Source of the DNA: a virus
Lineage: Duplodnaviria; Caudoviricetes
DNA: 64,000 nucleotides
Direction: 5' to 3' (one strand)
Virus record (IMG/VR): IMGVR_UViG_3300001525_000178
Location: 6,176 to 70,175 of that record
How positions within the stretch are numbered: position 1 is the first letter of the stretch; each line of letters opens with the position of its first letter. Position numbers and translations under genes: made by a program. The notes under the pieces were generated by a model. The model worked only from the letters and a program-made list of their open reading frames with translations. It searched no databases and was not told the origin of the DNA. Shown piece by piece: positions 28,089 through 37,997 of this stretch.

Positions 28089-30641
28089 CTACCTCAAATT
28101 GCTTAATTGGTCTTCCAAACATTCTCTTAATTCGTCTTCATCATCAAGATTGTCAAATTGTTCGCTTAAAAAATATGCTTGGTCAATCGTTCTTTTTTCG
28201 CTTTCTTCAAATAAATCACAAGTATGTAAAATGTTTATTAAATCACAATTTGTACCATTCATCAATAAAACGTTTTCAATCTTATTGTAAATCTTGCGAT
28301 ATGAATTGTTTAACTTGTTTGGAATTTTTAATTCTTTTATTAAATTATATACATTTGAATAACCAAACTTACTAAACAAACTTGCGATAATTGTTTGTTG
28401 TGCTTTATCTTTTCTGCTTCCAATTTCGCCAACTTCTGTATGTGATTGTTGTGTTTTTTCACATATTCTTTTTACGTCAACTTCTGGAAGTTCAAGTTTA
28501 TCAGCCAACATTTGAATATACTGATTTCGTGTTAAACTATCTTTGATTTTTGCAATATATTTTCGTACATTGTAAATATGAAATTTCTTTTCATCAATCG
28601 TTTTGTAGTTTATCTTATCTAAACTTCTGATAATTTTATCTTCATTATAGATCTTTGAATTTTTAAGACGTTTATACAATTCACCTTTTCCTTGCGTTCT
28701 TAATAATTCGTCCAAATCCATTTTGTCGTCGATATTATCGTATAAACGAACAATTCGCACATTTGCACCATAATTGTTTTGAACAATTGTATCATATAAT
28801 CTGTCGACAGCGCCTTCACCAGCCTTATCTTCAACGATTAAGAAATAGTTTTTAACATCTGCCTTCAATAGACTTAATTGTTTATCTGACAATGCAAGTC
28901 CACAAGTTGCTACAACATTTGTTATACCGTTTTGATGTGCCATAATTGCGTCACAATTACCTACAACAGATATTCTGTTGTTACATCTAACTAATATCAT
29001 GCCTGTTGGTACAGATACACAATATACTTTTCCTTGATAAAAATATGTATCATGCCCTTGTTGCCAAGAAGCCGAATTCTTACCAAACAATATATTTACT
29101 CTATATCTTAACCCAAGTTTATCTTCTTTTTTATAAATAGTAGCGTTAAATCCGCATAAATGACACAACGTTTGTACGAAGGTGGCAGTTTCAAAATATT
29201 TTGAAACAAATTCAACTTGATTTCTGTTTTTTATTCTGCAACCGTCCCAATGTTCTAATTCATTTATAATTACCATTTTTTGTGAAAATGTTGATTTTTC
29301 AATCCATTCAATTGGAAACTTTTTAAATGCATATTTATATCTAAATCCAAAATATGTAAAATTTTGTCTTTTTGGAGGATTACTCTTAGAGTAAGTGATG
29401 TTGCAAGATTTTAATAACTTTTCTAATCTGTTTACTTTTCTTTGTTTTTGAAATCCTATTCTCACTTTTTTATCTAATCCACCACATATCTCATGCTCCG
29501 TACCATCAGCACTAATAGCAACCATTAAGCGCAATTCGTCATCACTAAATGGTAGTCCTTCGCCAGAGTGTTTTATAGCCATAGGAATTACTTGTTTTCC
29601 TATCGACTTTGGCATATCTTTGAATTGTTTTTTTGTAATTTGTTTTGTTTCTTTATTGTAGTAAACTATATTATGGTCTTCTGTTGCGTCAATATCATAA
29701 TTTCTATTGTGCACACAACACATATTGCCGTTATAATCCTTTTTTATTATTGCCAATGGGTTTACAAAAGAACCCTGTAATTTATCATCGACTTGCATTA
29801 CAGGTTGACCAGAGTATTGGTCAAACCTAATCCAGCCGTTCGGTGTTAATATTTCTACATCACCTTTAAAACATTGCCCTTCGCAAATTATAACACATTT
29901 TGTAGTTTTAATTGTTTCTTTTGCAAAATTATAGCCAAACAAAACTTCGTCTTTTTTGAACAATAAACCGTTTTGACTGTGCAAATATTTTGGCTTAATT
30001 TCATTATTTACAGCACGACTTGAAAATCCAACAATTTTGCCATTTTCATTGAAGAATGGAATTGAAATCCTATATGAACCAAAGTAATTTCTATATTCAT
30101 CATCTTCTGTCTTTTTGATTAAATTGCCCTGTTCAAGAAGATTATTCATTGCTTTATTATCTGTTACTAATTGTTTGTATGGAATATAGCCTAACTTCCA
30201 TTTTTTAATTGTGTCAACTGAAAATTGACGTTTTTTTATATATTCTTTTCCAATATCTGATGTTAATAAAGACTTTTGGAAATACATTGCAATCTTTTGA
30301 TTTAACTTGTAAAGATTTCTTTTAAGTTCATATTCTTTTTTAACTTCGTCCGATAATTCGATTTCAATATTTTGTGATTTTGCAATTTCCATTACAGCGT
30401 CAAAAAATGATTTATCATTATATCTACGATAAAAGTCGATTATATCACCAGAAGCACCGCAACTTCTACAAATCCAAAGACCCGTTGCAATGTCAATGTC
30501 CATACTTGGGTGTCCATCTGGGTGAAAACAACAGGTAGTCCTATAATATCTACCGCTTTGTTTTAGTTGAAGGTATTGACTATAAAAATCGAAGATATTT
30601 ATTTTACTTTTAAAATCTATTATTTGTTCTTGTGTAAACAT
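28089..30641 (-). CDS. dnaG: DNA primase containing an intein
   Basis: CHC2 finger CCFHPD...CRSC, RISIPF, KYLHS, Toprim EGQ/CD interrupted, VVATCGLALS. Confidence 0.92.
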   Translation of the reverse strand: MFTQEQIIDFKSKINIFDFYSQYLQLKQSGRYYRTTCCFHPDGHPSMDIDIATGLWICRSCGASGDIIDFYRRYNDKSFFDAVMEIAKSQNIEIELSDEVKKEYELKRNLYKLNQKIAMYFQKSLLTSDIGKEYIKKRQFSVDTIKKWKLGYIPYKQLVTDNKAMNNLLEQGNLIKKTEDDEYRNYFGSYRISIPFFNENGKIVGFSSRAVNNEIKPKYLHSQNGLLFKKDEVLFGYNFAKETIKTTKCVIICEGQCFKGDVEILTPNGWIRFDQYSGQPVMQVDDKLQGSFVNPLAIIKKDYNGNMCCVHNRNYDIDATEDHNIVYYNKETKQITKKQFKDMPKSIGKQVIPMAIKHSGEGLPFSDDELRLMVAISADGTEHEICGGLDKKVRIGFQKQRKVNRLEKLLKSCNITYSKSNPPKRQNFTYFGFRYKYAFKKFPIEWIEKSTFSQKMVIINELEHWDGCRIKNRNQVEFVSKYFETATFVQTLCHLCGFNATIYKKEDKLGLRYRVNILFGKNSASWQQGHDTYFYQGKVYCVSVPTGMILVRCNNRISVVGNCDAIMAHQNGITNVVATCGLALSDKQLSLLKADVKNYFLIVEDKAGEGAVDRLYDTIVQNNYGANVRIVRLYDNIDDKMDLDELLRTQGKGELYKRLKNSKIYNEDKIIRSLDKINYKTIDEKKFHIYNVRKYIAKIKDSLTRNQYIQMLADKLELPEVDVKRICEKTQQSHTEVGEIGSRKDKAQQTIIASLFSKFGYSNVYNLIKELKIPNKLNNSYRKIYNKIENVLLMNGTNCDLINILHTCDLFEESEKRTIDQAYFLSEQFDNLDDEDELRECLEDQLSNLR
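28956..29873 (-). mobile_element. Intein (306 aa) with LAGLIDADG homing endonuclease domain
   Basis: Starts CFKGDVEILTPNGW, block-B-like IDATEDHNI, LAGLIDADG-like LMVAISADG and ELEHWDG, ends VYCVSVPTG...VVGN followed by Cys+1. Confidence 0.92.
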
Positions 30642-31568
30642 TTATTTTTCCATTTCCATATATTCTTCATAGTATATAAAGTGCAGTCTACCACATGTTT
30701 TTCGTTCATGTTTACATACTTTTGCAATACTGCTTGCACATAGGTTTAAATCTTTACTAGATTCTCTTATTGTGTTATAGGTTTTTAAATTTTCCAAACA
30801 CACTATCCTCTTACCCTTTCCATACATTGTATTGTTTTCGCCAATTCTATCTTTTATTTTATAAAGAGTTAAATCAATATTGCTATATTCATTTAAATAG
30901 CAAAAACGCAAACCGTTTACATGCTTTCTTTTATGTTTACATACTTTTACCAAATTTTCTTTAAATAAGTTTAAACTTTTTGCACATTCAGTTACACTAT
31001 TATAAACAATACCTGTATCTATACAAATTACCTTTTTAGGTTCTTCAAAAACATATTCCTTATTTTCGTCATAATCGCTCAAATACATAAAATGCAAGCC
31101 ATGTGTGCTTTTTTGATTACCACAACAAACTGATGATATACATCTAGCACCTATATTGATATCTTTTGCACAGTCTTTTACTAATTTATATATACCCCCT
31201 GTTTCTAAACAGATAACGGGCTTCATATTGCTTTCACTAATTTTTCTTCTAGATTCTTCTGTCGGTATATAACCGCAATTACCATGTTTTCCACCGCTTG
31301 CAATATTATATCCAAATTCTCTTTGATTTGATTTATAATATTTTATCATTTCAATTTCAAACATTTCTGCTTGTTCTTTTGTAAGGTTGACCAAGACAAC
31401 TTCATGTTCAAAATTATTCCAATCATATTTTTGAATAGCAGAGTAGAAATATTTATTATTCTTATATCCATTACCGTTATTACCCCATCTTTTTCGTGGA
31501 GTTCTACTTGTAATTCCTATGTATGTTTTACTATTTATTTTGTTTGTATGAATATAAACTGTAAACAA
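30642..31568 (-). CDS. Free-standing GIY-YIG homing endonuclease with NUMOD repeats
   Basis: VYIHTNKINSKTYIGIT, WGNNGNGY, GYNIASGG, three KxVICLET-type repeats. Confidence 0.9.
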   Translation of the reverse strand: MFTVYIHTNKINSKTYIGITSRTPRKRWGNNGNGYKNNKYFYSAIQKYDWNNFEHEVVLVNLTKEQAEMFEIEMIKYYKSNQREFGYNIASGGKHGNCGYIPTEESRRKISESNMKPVICLETGGIYKLVKDCAKDINIGARCISSVCCGNQKSTHGLHFMYLSDYDENKEYVFEEPKKVICIDTGIVYNSVTECAKSLNLFKENLVKVCKHKRKHVNGLRFCYLNEYSNIDLTLYKIKDRIGENNTMYGKGKRIVCLENLKTYNTIRESSKDLNLCASSIAKVCKHERKTCGRLHFIYYEEYMEMEK

Positions 31569-31598
31569 AATAATCTTTCCTTTCTATCGTGTATTTTA

Positions 31599-31627
31599 AT
31601 TATAGCATGACTTTTAAAATTTGTCAA
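31599..31627 (-). promoter_or_regulatory. Sigma70-type promoter
   Basis: TTGACA-17bp-TATAAT. Confidence 0.8.
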
Positions 31628-31653
31628 ATGTTTTATAATATTTTAACAAGCCG

Positions 31654-31718
31654 TTTAAGGCGATTTAAAATATAGATCTTATAGTTTGTACCTAAATTTA
31701 ATTTAACAAGCCTTAAAA
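31654..31718. repeat. Dispersed ~65-75 bp intergenic element with inverted ends (also ~8375-8420 partial, 34064-34129, 44576-44645, 49530-49600)
   Basis: TTTAAGG(N)CG...TTAAA left end and ATTTAACAAGCCTTAAA-like right end recur. Confidence 0.65.
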
Positions 31719-31742
31719 GTCATTCTAGCACGTCTATTTTGA

Positions 31743-31780
31743 AAAGAAAAGGCTAGAACCTATGTTTGCAAATTCTAGCC
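31743..31780 (-). terminator. Intrinsic terminator
   Basis: GGCTAGAA/TTCTAGCC stem with T-rich tail on the minus strand. Confidence 0.65.
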
Positions 31781-31813
31781 ATAAATATCATCTTCTCTCT
31801 CGTCTATCTCGTT

Positions 31814-32422
31814 CTATTTAACGTCAGCCTGTTCGTCTTCAATCGTCATATTATTCTTTTCCATACATCTTGCAAGTCTATCTGCGTGTTTAAGTAAAAT
31901 TTCATTTACTTCTTTTACTTCACTTGCTTTTAAATCTTCTTTTTCTGCAAGTTTGCCGATAGATTTTAAGAATTTGTTTTTACTATTTTTCAATTCTTCA
32001 ACTGCAAAATCCATGAAAGTTGCTGTATCTTTTAGGAAGTCATGGCAAATGTGTTTTGCTTCTTCAACACAGACTTTTGTTGTATCACCATTTTTTGCAA
32101 TATCAAGTGAATTAATCATATTGTTAATTCCATTATCCAACATTGCACCAACGGCTTTTACCATTCCATTGTCTGATACTTTATAATTGTCAATTAAGTT
32201 TGTGAATACGTCTGGAATTTGTACATTCCAAAATCCCTTGTTTCCTTTTTTGATTTCAATTTCAGAACCAACACCACAGAACATTAAATACGCTACTTGT
32301 GGTTTTAATGCAATTCTGATTGCTTCAAAATCTTTTGACGTATCCATATCGTCAATCCAAAGTACAGCCATTGGACTTCCATTTGCACTGATTGTAAAGT
32401 GAAGTTTTGTAATTTTTGCCAT
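31814..32422 (-). CDS. Hypothetical protein
   Basis: ORF track. Confidence 0.6.
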   Translation of the reverse strand: MAKITKLHFTISANGSPMAVLWIDDMDTSKDFEAIRIALKPQVAYLMFCGVGSEIEIKKGNKGFWNVQIPDVFTNLIDNYKVSDNGMVKAVGAMLDNGINNMINSLDIAKNGDTTKVCVEEAKHICHDFLKDTATFMDFAVEELKNSKNKFLKSIGKLAEKEDLKASEVKEVNEILLKHADRLARCMEKNNMTIEDEQADVK

Positions 32423-32793
32423 TATGCTTCACCTTCTTCCTTTGGTTCTGTTTCGGCTAATTTATCGTCCAATTTCTTTGTTAAATTGCGAATAAATGCT
32501 TTTAAACAGTCATATAATGTTTGTGTAACCATTGGAATTACAGAATATAGTAAAGCAGTAAACAATGGGTTTAAATATTTATTTGACATTAAATCTTTGA
32601 AAATATGGTCAATAATATATTTTTGTACGGCTTCATCAACTTCGACTTTCTTTTCAACGCCCATTAAGTCGTTTCTATTTACATATTCTACAATTTTATC
32701 AACTGCGAACTTTAAAACCCTTGCTGTATTTACAGGATTGAATACTTTTGCTATTCCTTTTCTAATATTGAAAAAATCTTTAAAACTAAACAT
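32422..32793 (-). CDS. Hypothetical protein
   Basis: ORF track; GVEKK motif. Confidence 0.55.
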   Translation of the reverse strand: MFSFKDFFNIRKGIAKVFNPVNTARVLKFAVDKIVEYVNRNDLMGVEKKVEVDEAVQKYIIDHIFKDLMSNKYLNPLFTALLYSVIPMVTQTLYDCLKAFIRNLTKKLDDKLAETEPKEEGEA

Positions 32794-32872
32794 TTTCTTT
32801 TCCTTTTTATTTCCTGTTTATAATCTACCCTGTTTATGGTACAGGGCGAACCATTATGTAAATGTGATTGAA

Positions 32873-33925
32873 TTAGATATTAAATTCTTTTTCTAAATCA
32901 GCCCACATATCGTCTGTTGATTTTTCTTCTTCTGCTTTTGTTTCAGTTTTCTTTTCTTCTTTCAAACCTTCGTTGAATGGGATTTCTTCTGAAACTTCTT
33001 TCTTTTCTTCAGCAGGTTGTTTTGTTGCTACTTTTTCTTTCTTTACTGTTTTTTCTTTTGGTGTTTCAACTTCTTCAACTGAACCAAACAAGTTTGCTAA
33101 TCCAGATAAATCAACTGCGTCTGGTGCTTCTTTTTGTGCATGTTTTGCAGATGATGATTTTCCACCATTTCTTTCGTACGCCGTTTGTACAATTTCAACT
33201 GATAATAAATTATATCTTAATGTAACTTCACCTGTTTTTGTATTTACTTTTTCATAAGGTCTGATTTTAATATTTACAATATCACCAGAAGATACGAATA
33301 GTGGTTTTTCAACCTTATCTTTAGGCGATACAAATGTTGTTACTTTTTCACCTTTATCATTAAATCTAAATACAACAGGATTAATTCCAGCACCTGTATA
33401 AGCGTCTTTTACACGATAATATCTAACAGTTGCTGTGTCATCACCTTTTAGTTCGGATAATTTAGAAATTCTTTTCTTTTCATTATCGCTAAACATCACA
33501 GCATTTGTAACTTGTGTTGATAATTTAATTCTTCCAACGTGGCTTTCTGGAATTGGATATTTTGAATTTTGACTTTCAAGTAAATCTGCTTCTGATACTT
33601 TTTTATAGCATTTTTTTACATTTTCAAGTTCATCATTTGTTTTTTGTCTTTCTTGCAAGAAATATTGTCTTAATTTCATATCTTGCACCGCAAATTCCGT
33701 ATCTTTTGGCAATAAAACTGAAATGCTATGACCAGATTTTGGTGTATCAGTTGTTAAGTTTGAAAATGTAACTTCGCAATTGTCGATTTTAAATACGGGC
33801 AATTTTGATACATCAATCGGTTTTGCAAATTCATCTTCTGCGTCAATAATGTCTTTTACATAATTCAATCGTGTTTCTTTTTGCATAAGATTTCCTTCTA
33901 CCTCTTTTCTTTCTGTGCTACGCAC
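32873..33925 (-). CDS. Single-stranded DNA-binding protein (T7 gp2.5-like OB fold; true start probably MQKETR)
   Basis: SVLLPKD, PLFVSSGDIVNIKIRPY, LLSVEIVQ, long acidic tail ending DDMWADLEKEFNI. Confidence 0.7.
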   Translation of the reverse strand: MRSTERKEVEGNLMQKETRLNYVKDIIDAEDEFAKPIDVSKLPVFKIDNCEVTFSNLTTDTPKSGHSISVLLPKDTEFAVQDMKLRQYFLQERQKTNDELENVKKCYKKVSEADLLESQNSKYPIPESHVGRIKLSTQVTNAVMFSDNEKKRISKLSELKGDDTATVRYYRVKDAYTGAGINPVVFRFNDKGEKVTTFVSPKDKVEKPLFVSSGDIVNIKIRPYEKVNTKTGEVTLRYNLLSVEIVQTAYERNGGKSSSAKHAQKEAPDAVDLSGLANLFGSVEEVETPKEKTVKKEKVATKQPAEEKKEVSEEIPFNEGLKEEKKTETKAEEEKSTDDMWADLEKEFNI

Positions 33926-33985
33926 TACTACTATCTACTCAATTTTATAATATAAAAATAATAAAATTCCCTTTACACATTTCAT

Positions 33986-34014
33986 AGTATAGCATGGCTT
34001 TTTATTTTTGTCAA
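33986..34014 (-). promoter_or_regulatory. Sigma70-type promoter (first promoter of the early block)
   Basis: TTGACA-17bp-TATACT. Confidence 0.85.
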
Positions 34015-34136
34015 GTACTTTGTGAAAACTTTTATAAAATATTAATTCTAAAGCGATTATAAGGCGATTTAAGACGTGTTAAATTATGCCTAGGTAAAAT
34101 CTATCACGAACATAAATAAGGTCTTAAATAAGCAAT

Positions 34137-34171
34137 AAAAAAGCACGACAGATATAAAATCCATCGTGCTT
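34137..34171 (-). terminator. Terminator closing the late/lysis block
   Basis: AAGCACGA/TCGTGCTT stem with T run on the minus strand. Confidence 0.65.
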
Positions 34172-34210
34172 CATATATGTTTGGAACTTATTTTAAAGTA
34201 TGGTCTATTT

Positions 34211-34618
34211 CTATTTTACAACTGTACTTAGTGTGTCCTTTATTTCTTTTATCATATCGTACATTACAGGTATTTTCCCTGTATCTGCTTTTAGTTCACA
34301 ACATAATTCTTCTAATTTTGCAATTCTGTCGTCATGACCTTTTGCTAATTCTTTTGTGAAATATTTTCTATCTACATCATCAAGTGTTTCTTTTTGGACA
34401 ATTCTTAATTTTTCATTTTGTTGACCGATAATTTTTGATATTTCAACGTTCAAATTCCCAATTGCATTGTTTAAATCCATTTGTGTTGCGCATATTTGTA
34501 GTTCTGTATTATTGTGTTCTTGTTTTGAAGTAAAAAAGTGTTTTCCTACATAAATTATTAAAATTACTAAAAATACTGTTAAAGTTGGATTTGATAGTGT
34601 TGCTGTAATAAGTTCCAT
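34211..34618 (-). CDS. Holin-like membrane protein
   Basis: Single N-terminal TM helix plus coiled coil, directly downstream of the lysin. Confidence 0.5.
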   Translation of the reverse strand: MELITATLSNPTLTVFLVILIIYVGKHFFTSKQEHNNTELQICATQMDLNNAIGNLNVEISKIIGQQNEKLRIVQKETLDDVDRKYFTKELAKGHDDRIAKLEELCCELKADTGKIPVMYDMIKEIKDTLSTVVK

Positions 34619-34693
34619 TATATTTATTTCCTACGATTGATTTTGTGTACCCTCTATTAAAGTCAAAATCAATCGTTCCTTAAAGTTTAATTC

Positions 34694-35226
34694 TTATTTA
34701 ACATATTTTATTGCTATTTCGCCTTTTCTTTTTTTATCTATATACCATTGTGTTTTTTGTCGAATAAAGTTTCCAACGTCCATTCTTGGAATTTCTGGGT
34801 AACATGATATATAGATAATATCAATTTTTCCGTCTTTTTTATCGCCCAATTTTCTATCACGTTCAAAATGTGTTTTAACTTCACAAGTTGGAATATTATA
34901 TTTGATACATAATTCTGCGTTTAATTCAAACATCAATTCTGCTTGTTGTTTTGTGATTGGAAATTTTGTGTTTGTTATATTTTTTTCGGTTGCACCAAAC
35001 ATTGCACAAATACAAACGCCAATATTTCCTGTGTTATTTAATTTGCAATGAGGAGCATAAACACCGTCTTTGCAATTATCATTATCTTCTGGTTTATAAA
35101 CACCTTTTACAACGTTTGCTGTCTGTGTTTTTACATCAAATGTAATACTATAATGATATTCTGGATAAATTGTTGTATAATTTCCAACGGACTTCACGAC
35201 CAATGGTTTGTTATTTTAGTTACCAT
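34694..35226 (-). CDS. Endolysin, N-acetylmuramoyl-L-alanine amidase (Amidase_2-like), interrupted by an 8-nt insertion after codon 10
   Basis: SD AAGGTGGTGA then ATG 35226: MVTKITNHWS-stop; remainder VGNYTT..YHY..YAPHC..NNTGNIGVCIC..THFE..KIDI in another frame. Confidence 0.8.
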
Positions 35227-35262
35227 TGTTTAATCATCACCACCTTTTATATATTTTTACTG

Positions 35263-36123
35263 CTATTTAATTCTTATAATATAGTATACTGCTTGGTTTA
35301 CAGGTCGACATTCAGTTAAACCGTTTTGATATACCGAAGAAACACGTGAAGCGTCTGCGTAAACGAAATAATCTTGACCGCCCCCATGTCCAGTTCCTAG
35401 CGATTTACTTTGATAGAACATACCGTTTGCATAAGATGTACCTTCTTCTGCGATAGCCCCAATTCTACCAGTGATATTTGGAACACCAGATGTTTGAATT
35501 TTTCCTAAAACACGTCCAGTATCATATTTTTGTCCAACACCATAACCACGCAAGAACAAACCACGATAATCTGGAATATTAAATGTTGTATCTGTATATC
35601 CGAATGTTCCACCAATTATTTGATATAATTCTGGATATGATGTCTTACTTAATGCACGTCCGTCACAAGGAACGATTTCAAATCCATCTGGAACTTGCGG
35701 TAAATATGGATAACACAGTGTTTTAACTTCACCCAAAAACATTGATACTTGATTATCAACATAAGCCTTTGTTGCACAATCCGTTGGCAATAATGGGTCA
35801 CTTGTTTGTCGAACACGATAACCGCCCATATATAAGTCATTTTGTGCTGGACTTGAAGAACCACCAGTAGAACTCATCTTTTCTGATTTTAATTCTTGTA
35901 CCATTCCAATCAACCAAACAATTGTGTTATGAATTTGGAACAAGAATTGATTGAATTTATGTGATGTAGGTGTTGATGTTAAATCTGTTTCAACTTCACC
36001 TTTATCATTATATCCACCGATGATTTCCATATCTGTCATTGGAACATTTTTAGGATTTCCTTGTGCGAATATGACTGTTTCACTTACAATGTCGCTTCCT
36101 GTTGGCTTATCTGGATATGCCAT
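35263..36123 (-). CDS. Tail fibre protein with tail-collar domain
   Basis: PCDGRALSKTSYPELY..IG.TFG..FNIPDYRGLFLRG, PNITG, ECRPVNQAVYYIIRIK. Confidence 0.88.
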   Translation of the reverse strand: MAYPDKPTGSDIVSETVIFAQGNPKNVPMTDMEIIGGYNDKGEVETDLTSTPTSHKFNQFLFQIHNTIVWLIGMVQELKSEKMSSTGGSSSPAQNDLYMGGYRVRQTSDPLLPTDCATKAYVDNQVSMFLGEVKTLCYPYLPQVPDGFEIVPCDGRALSKTSYPELYQIIGGTFGYTDTTFNIPDYRGLFLRGYGVGQKYDTGRVLGKIQTSGVPNITGRIGAIAEEGTSYANGMFYQSKSLGTGHGGGQDYFVYADASRVSSVYQNGLTECRPVNQAVYYIIRIK

Positions 36124-36152
36124 GTTTTAATACCTCACATTTTATATTATAA

Positions 36153-36671
36153 CTATTTATCAATCTTCTCGTCTTTATTGTTTTTCTTTTTATTTTCTTT
36201 TTTCTTTATATTTTCTGGGTCTTTCCAACCGCAAAACTTTTGGTAATTATCAACTGAATGGTACATTAAAAATATCTTCCACTCTGGAACATGGGCAACT
36301 TTTAATAGTGAACAAAAAATAAGTGTTGATAATTTTCTATCATAAGATACAAATTTATGGTTTTCACAAAGTCGGTCATGTAAACAACTAGCAGTTCTAA
36401 ATCTTGGGTCGTCCATTGAACCGATTATTGACCAAGCAAATCTTGGAACATTTGCACCATTCCATCTATAATGTTTTGGAATTACAAAATAATAAACTTT
36501 TCTTTTATATGTTACACGAACACCTAAAGAATATCTGTTTTGATATGGCTTTGCAAGTCTTTCGTTTCTTTCTTTGTCGTCAATATCTGGGTCGCATGGG
36601 TCTAAGAAATCACAAATTGGTTTGCTTGTAAAATCAATTCTTATTTCTTTGTCTTTGTAGAAAGTAATCAT
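36153..36671 (-). CDS. DUF1353-like protein
   Basis: FVIPKHY.WNGANVPRFAW, ASCLHDRLC. Confidence 0.7.
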   Translation of the reverse strand: MITFYKDKEIRIDFTSKPICDFLDPCDPDIDDKERNERLAKPYQNRYSLGVRVTYKRKVYYFVIPKHYRWNGANVPRFAWSIIGSMDDPRFRTASCLHDRLCENHKFVSYDRKLSTLIFCSLLKVAHVPEWKIFLMYHSVDNYQKFCGWKDPENIKKKENKKKNNKDEKIDK

Positions 36672-36747
36672 ATCTGTTTCTCTCCTGTTTTATTCAATCA
36701 ATCGTTTCGACTACCTTCGTTCCTTAAAGTTTTATGAGCGTATATCT

Positions 36748-37062
36748 TTAAAGTTCACCCAAATCATTCAATTTAAGCCCACTGACAACGATTTCTGTCG
36801 ATGTTCCCGTGTTTTGCTTAACAACTATATATGTCGGAATTAAATCGAAGATATCGAAGCCGTCAACGGCTGTATTTTCATCTTCCAATGTTAAATCAGA
36901 AAGTGATTGTGGTTGTGATAAGCCACCACTTCCATAAACATCTACGGTTCCACTGTTGATATAGATATATGGTTTAAAAGCACCCTGTTGGCTGTTAAAA
37001 CTGTTTGGAAGCGTTATTGAATATAAATGGTCTAATTGAATTTGTTGTCTATCTATAAACAT
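36748..37062 (-). CDS. Hypothetical virion-module protein
   Basis: ORF track; position. Confidence 0.55.
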   Translation of the reverse strand: MFIDRQQIQLDHLYSITLPNSFNSQQGAFKPYIYINSGTVDVYGSGGLSQPQSLSDLTLEDENTAVDGFDIFDLIPTYIVVKQNTGTSTEIVVSGLKLNDLGEL

Positions 37063-37064
37063 TT

Positions 37065-37994
37065 TTATTGCCCTTTATCTGGTATCCATAACAAACTTAA
37101 GGCATTTGTATTTCCAGCCTTATATTTATATGTATCACCTTTTCCTATTCTAAAATTAAAGAAGTGTCCACCAGATGAACCACCAATTCTCATTTGTGAA
37201 CCATTTACTGTAAAATAACAAAAAGAACCTAAATCTGATTGAACAAACAAAGTTCCATCTGTTTCGGCAGTATATTCGGTATCATCTAATCGAACTTCGC
37301 CACCGCCATAATCTGGTATTCCAGCGTTTCTTAAGCGTGTGCTTGGAAATCTTCCATCTTCATTTAAAATTCTATATCCAAGAAAATTTAAAGTCTTTGT
37401 TGCATTATTTATCCCAGCACCTATTTGACAAGCAAATTCTGCTGTTGCTTTCGCATTTGGACCAATTGCAAGTGCATTGTCTGCTGTTGCATTGTTTGAT
37501 ACAAAATCTTTATCAGAATTTACCCACTTTTGTTTGTCAATGTCATAAACAAGTGCTTCGCCGTCTGATATTGCTGTCAATTCAACATCTGGCATATTTG
37601 TTAATGAAACATTGTCAATTTGTGATTGAAGTTCGTTATCTTTTTCAACCCTTGCTGTTTGTTCGTTATCAAGTTCAATTTTAAAACATAATGGAAGTTC
37701 ACCATTTTCACCAACAGCAACATATTCTTTTCCATCTTGTGTAACTGCTGTAAGTTTTACAATATCCGAACCATTTATTTGTTTCAACTTCAAACCATTG
37801 TTAAAGGTTTTTTCACCTTCAATCGTTTGTTCGCTATCATCTGTTGAAACAAGACTTAAATCGTGCGATGTTTTATTTCCTGTTAAAAGAACGTTATTTA
37901 TATGTGGTTTGTCAACTAAATCATTATAATCTGTTGGTTCTTGTTCTGTTTGTTCAACCTTTGCGTGTGCATGAAAAATTTTCTTTCCAAACAT
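37065..37994 (-). CDS. Tail-associated protein with YadA-like repeats
   Basis: DYNDLVDKPHIN.V.LTGNKT, ISDGEALVYD...WVN, NALAIGPNAKATA. Confidence 0.6.
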   Translation of the reverse strand: MFGKKIFHAHAKVEQTEQEPTDYNDLVDKPHINNVLLTGNKTSHDLSLVSTDDSEQTIEGEKTFNNGLKLKQINGSDIVKLTAVTQDGKEYVAVGENGELPLCFKIELDNEQTARVEKDNELQSQIDNVSLTNMPDVELTAISDGEALVYDIDKQKWVNSDKDFVSNNATADNALAIGPNAKATAEFACQIGAGINNATKTLNFLGYRILNEDGRFPSTRLRNAGIPDYGGGEVRLDDTEYTAETDGTLFVQSDLGSFCYFTVNGSQMRIGGSSGGHFFNFRIGKGDTYKYKAGNTNALSLLWIPDKGQ

Positions 37995-37997
37995 AAA

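Noticed and set aside
35194-35196. TGA or TAG reassignment (alternative genetic code)
   Set aside because: Long genes are intact under code 11, and the lysin lesion also shifts frame, so readthrough cannot explain it
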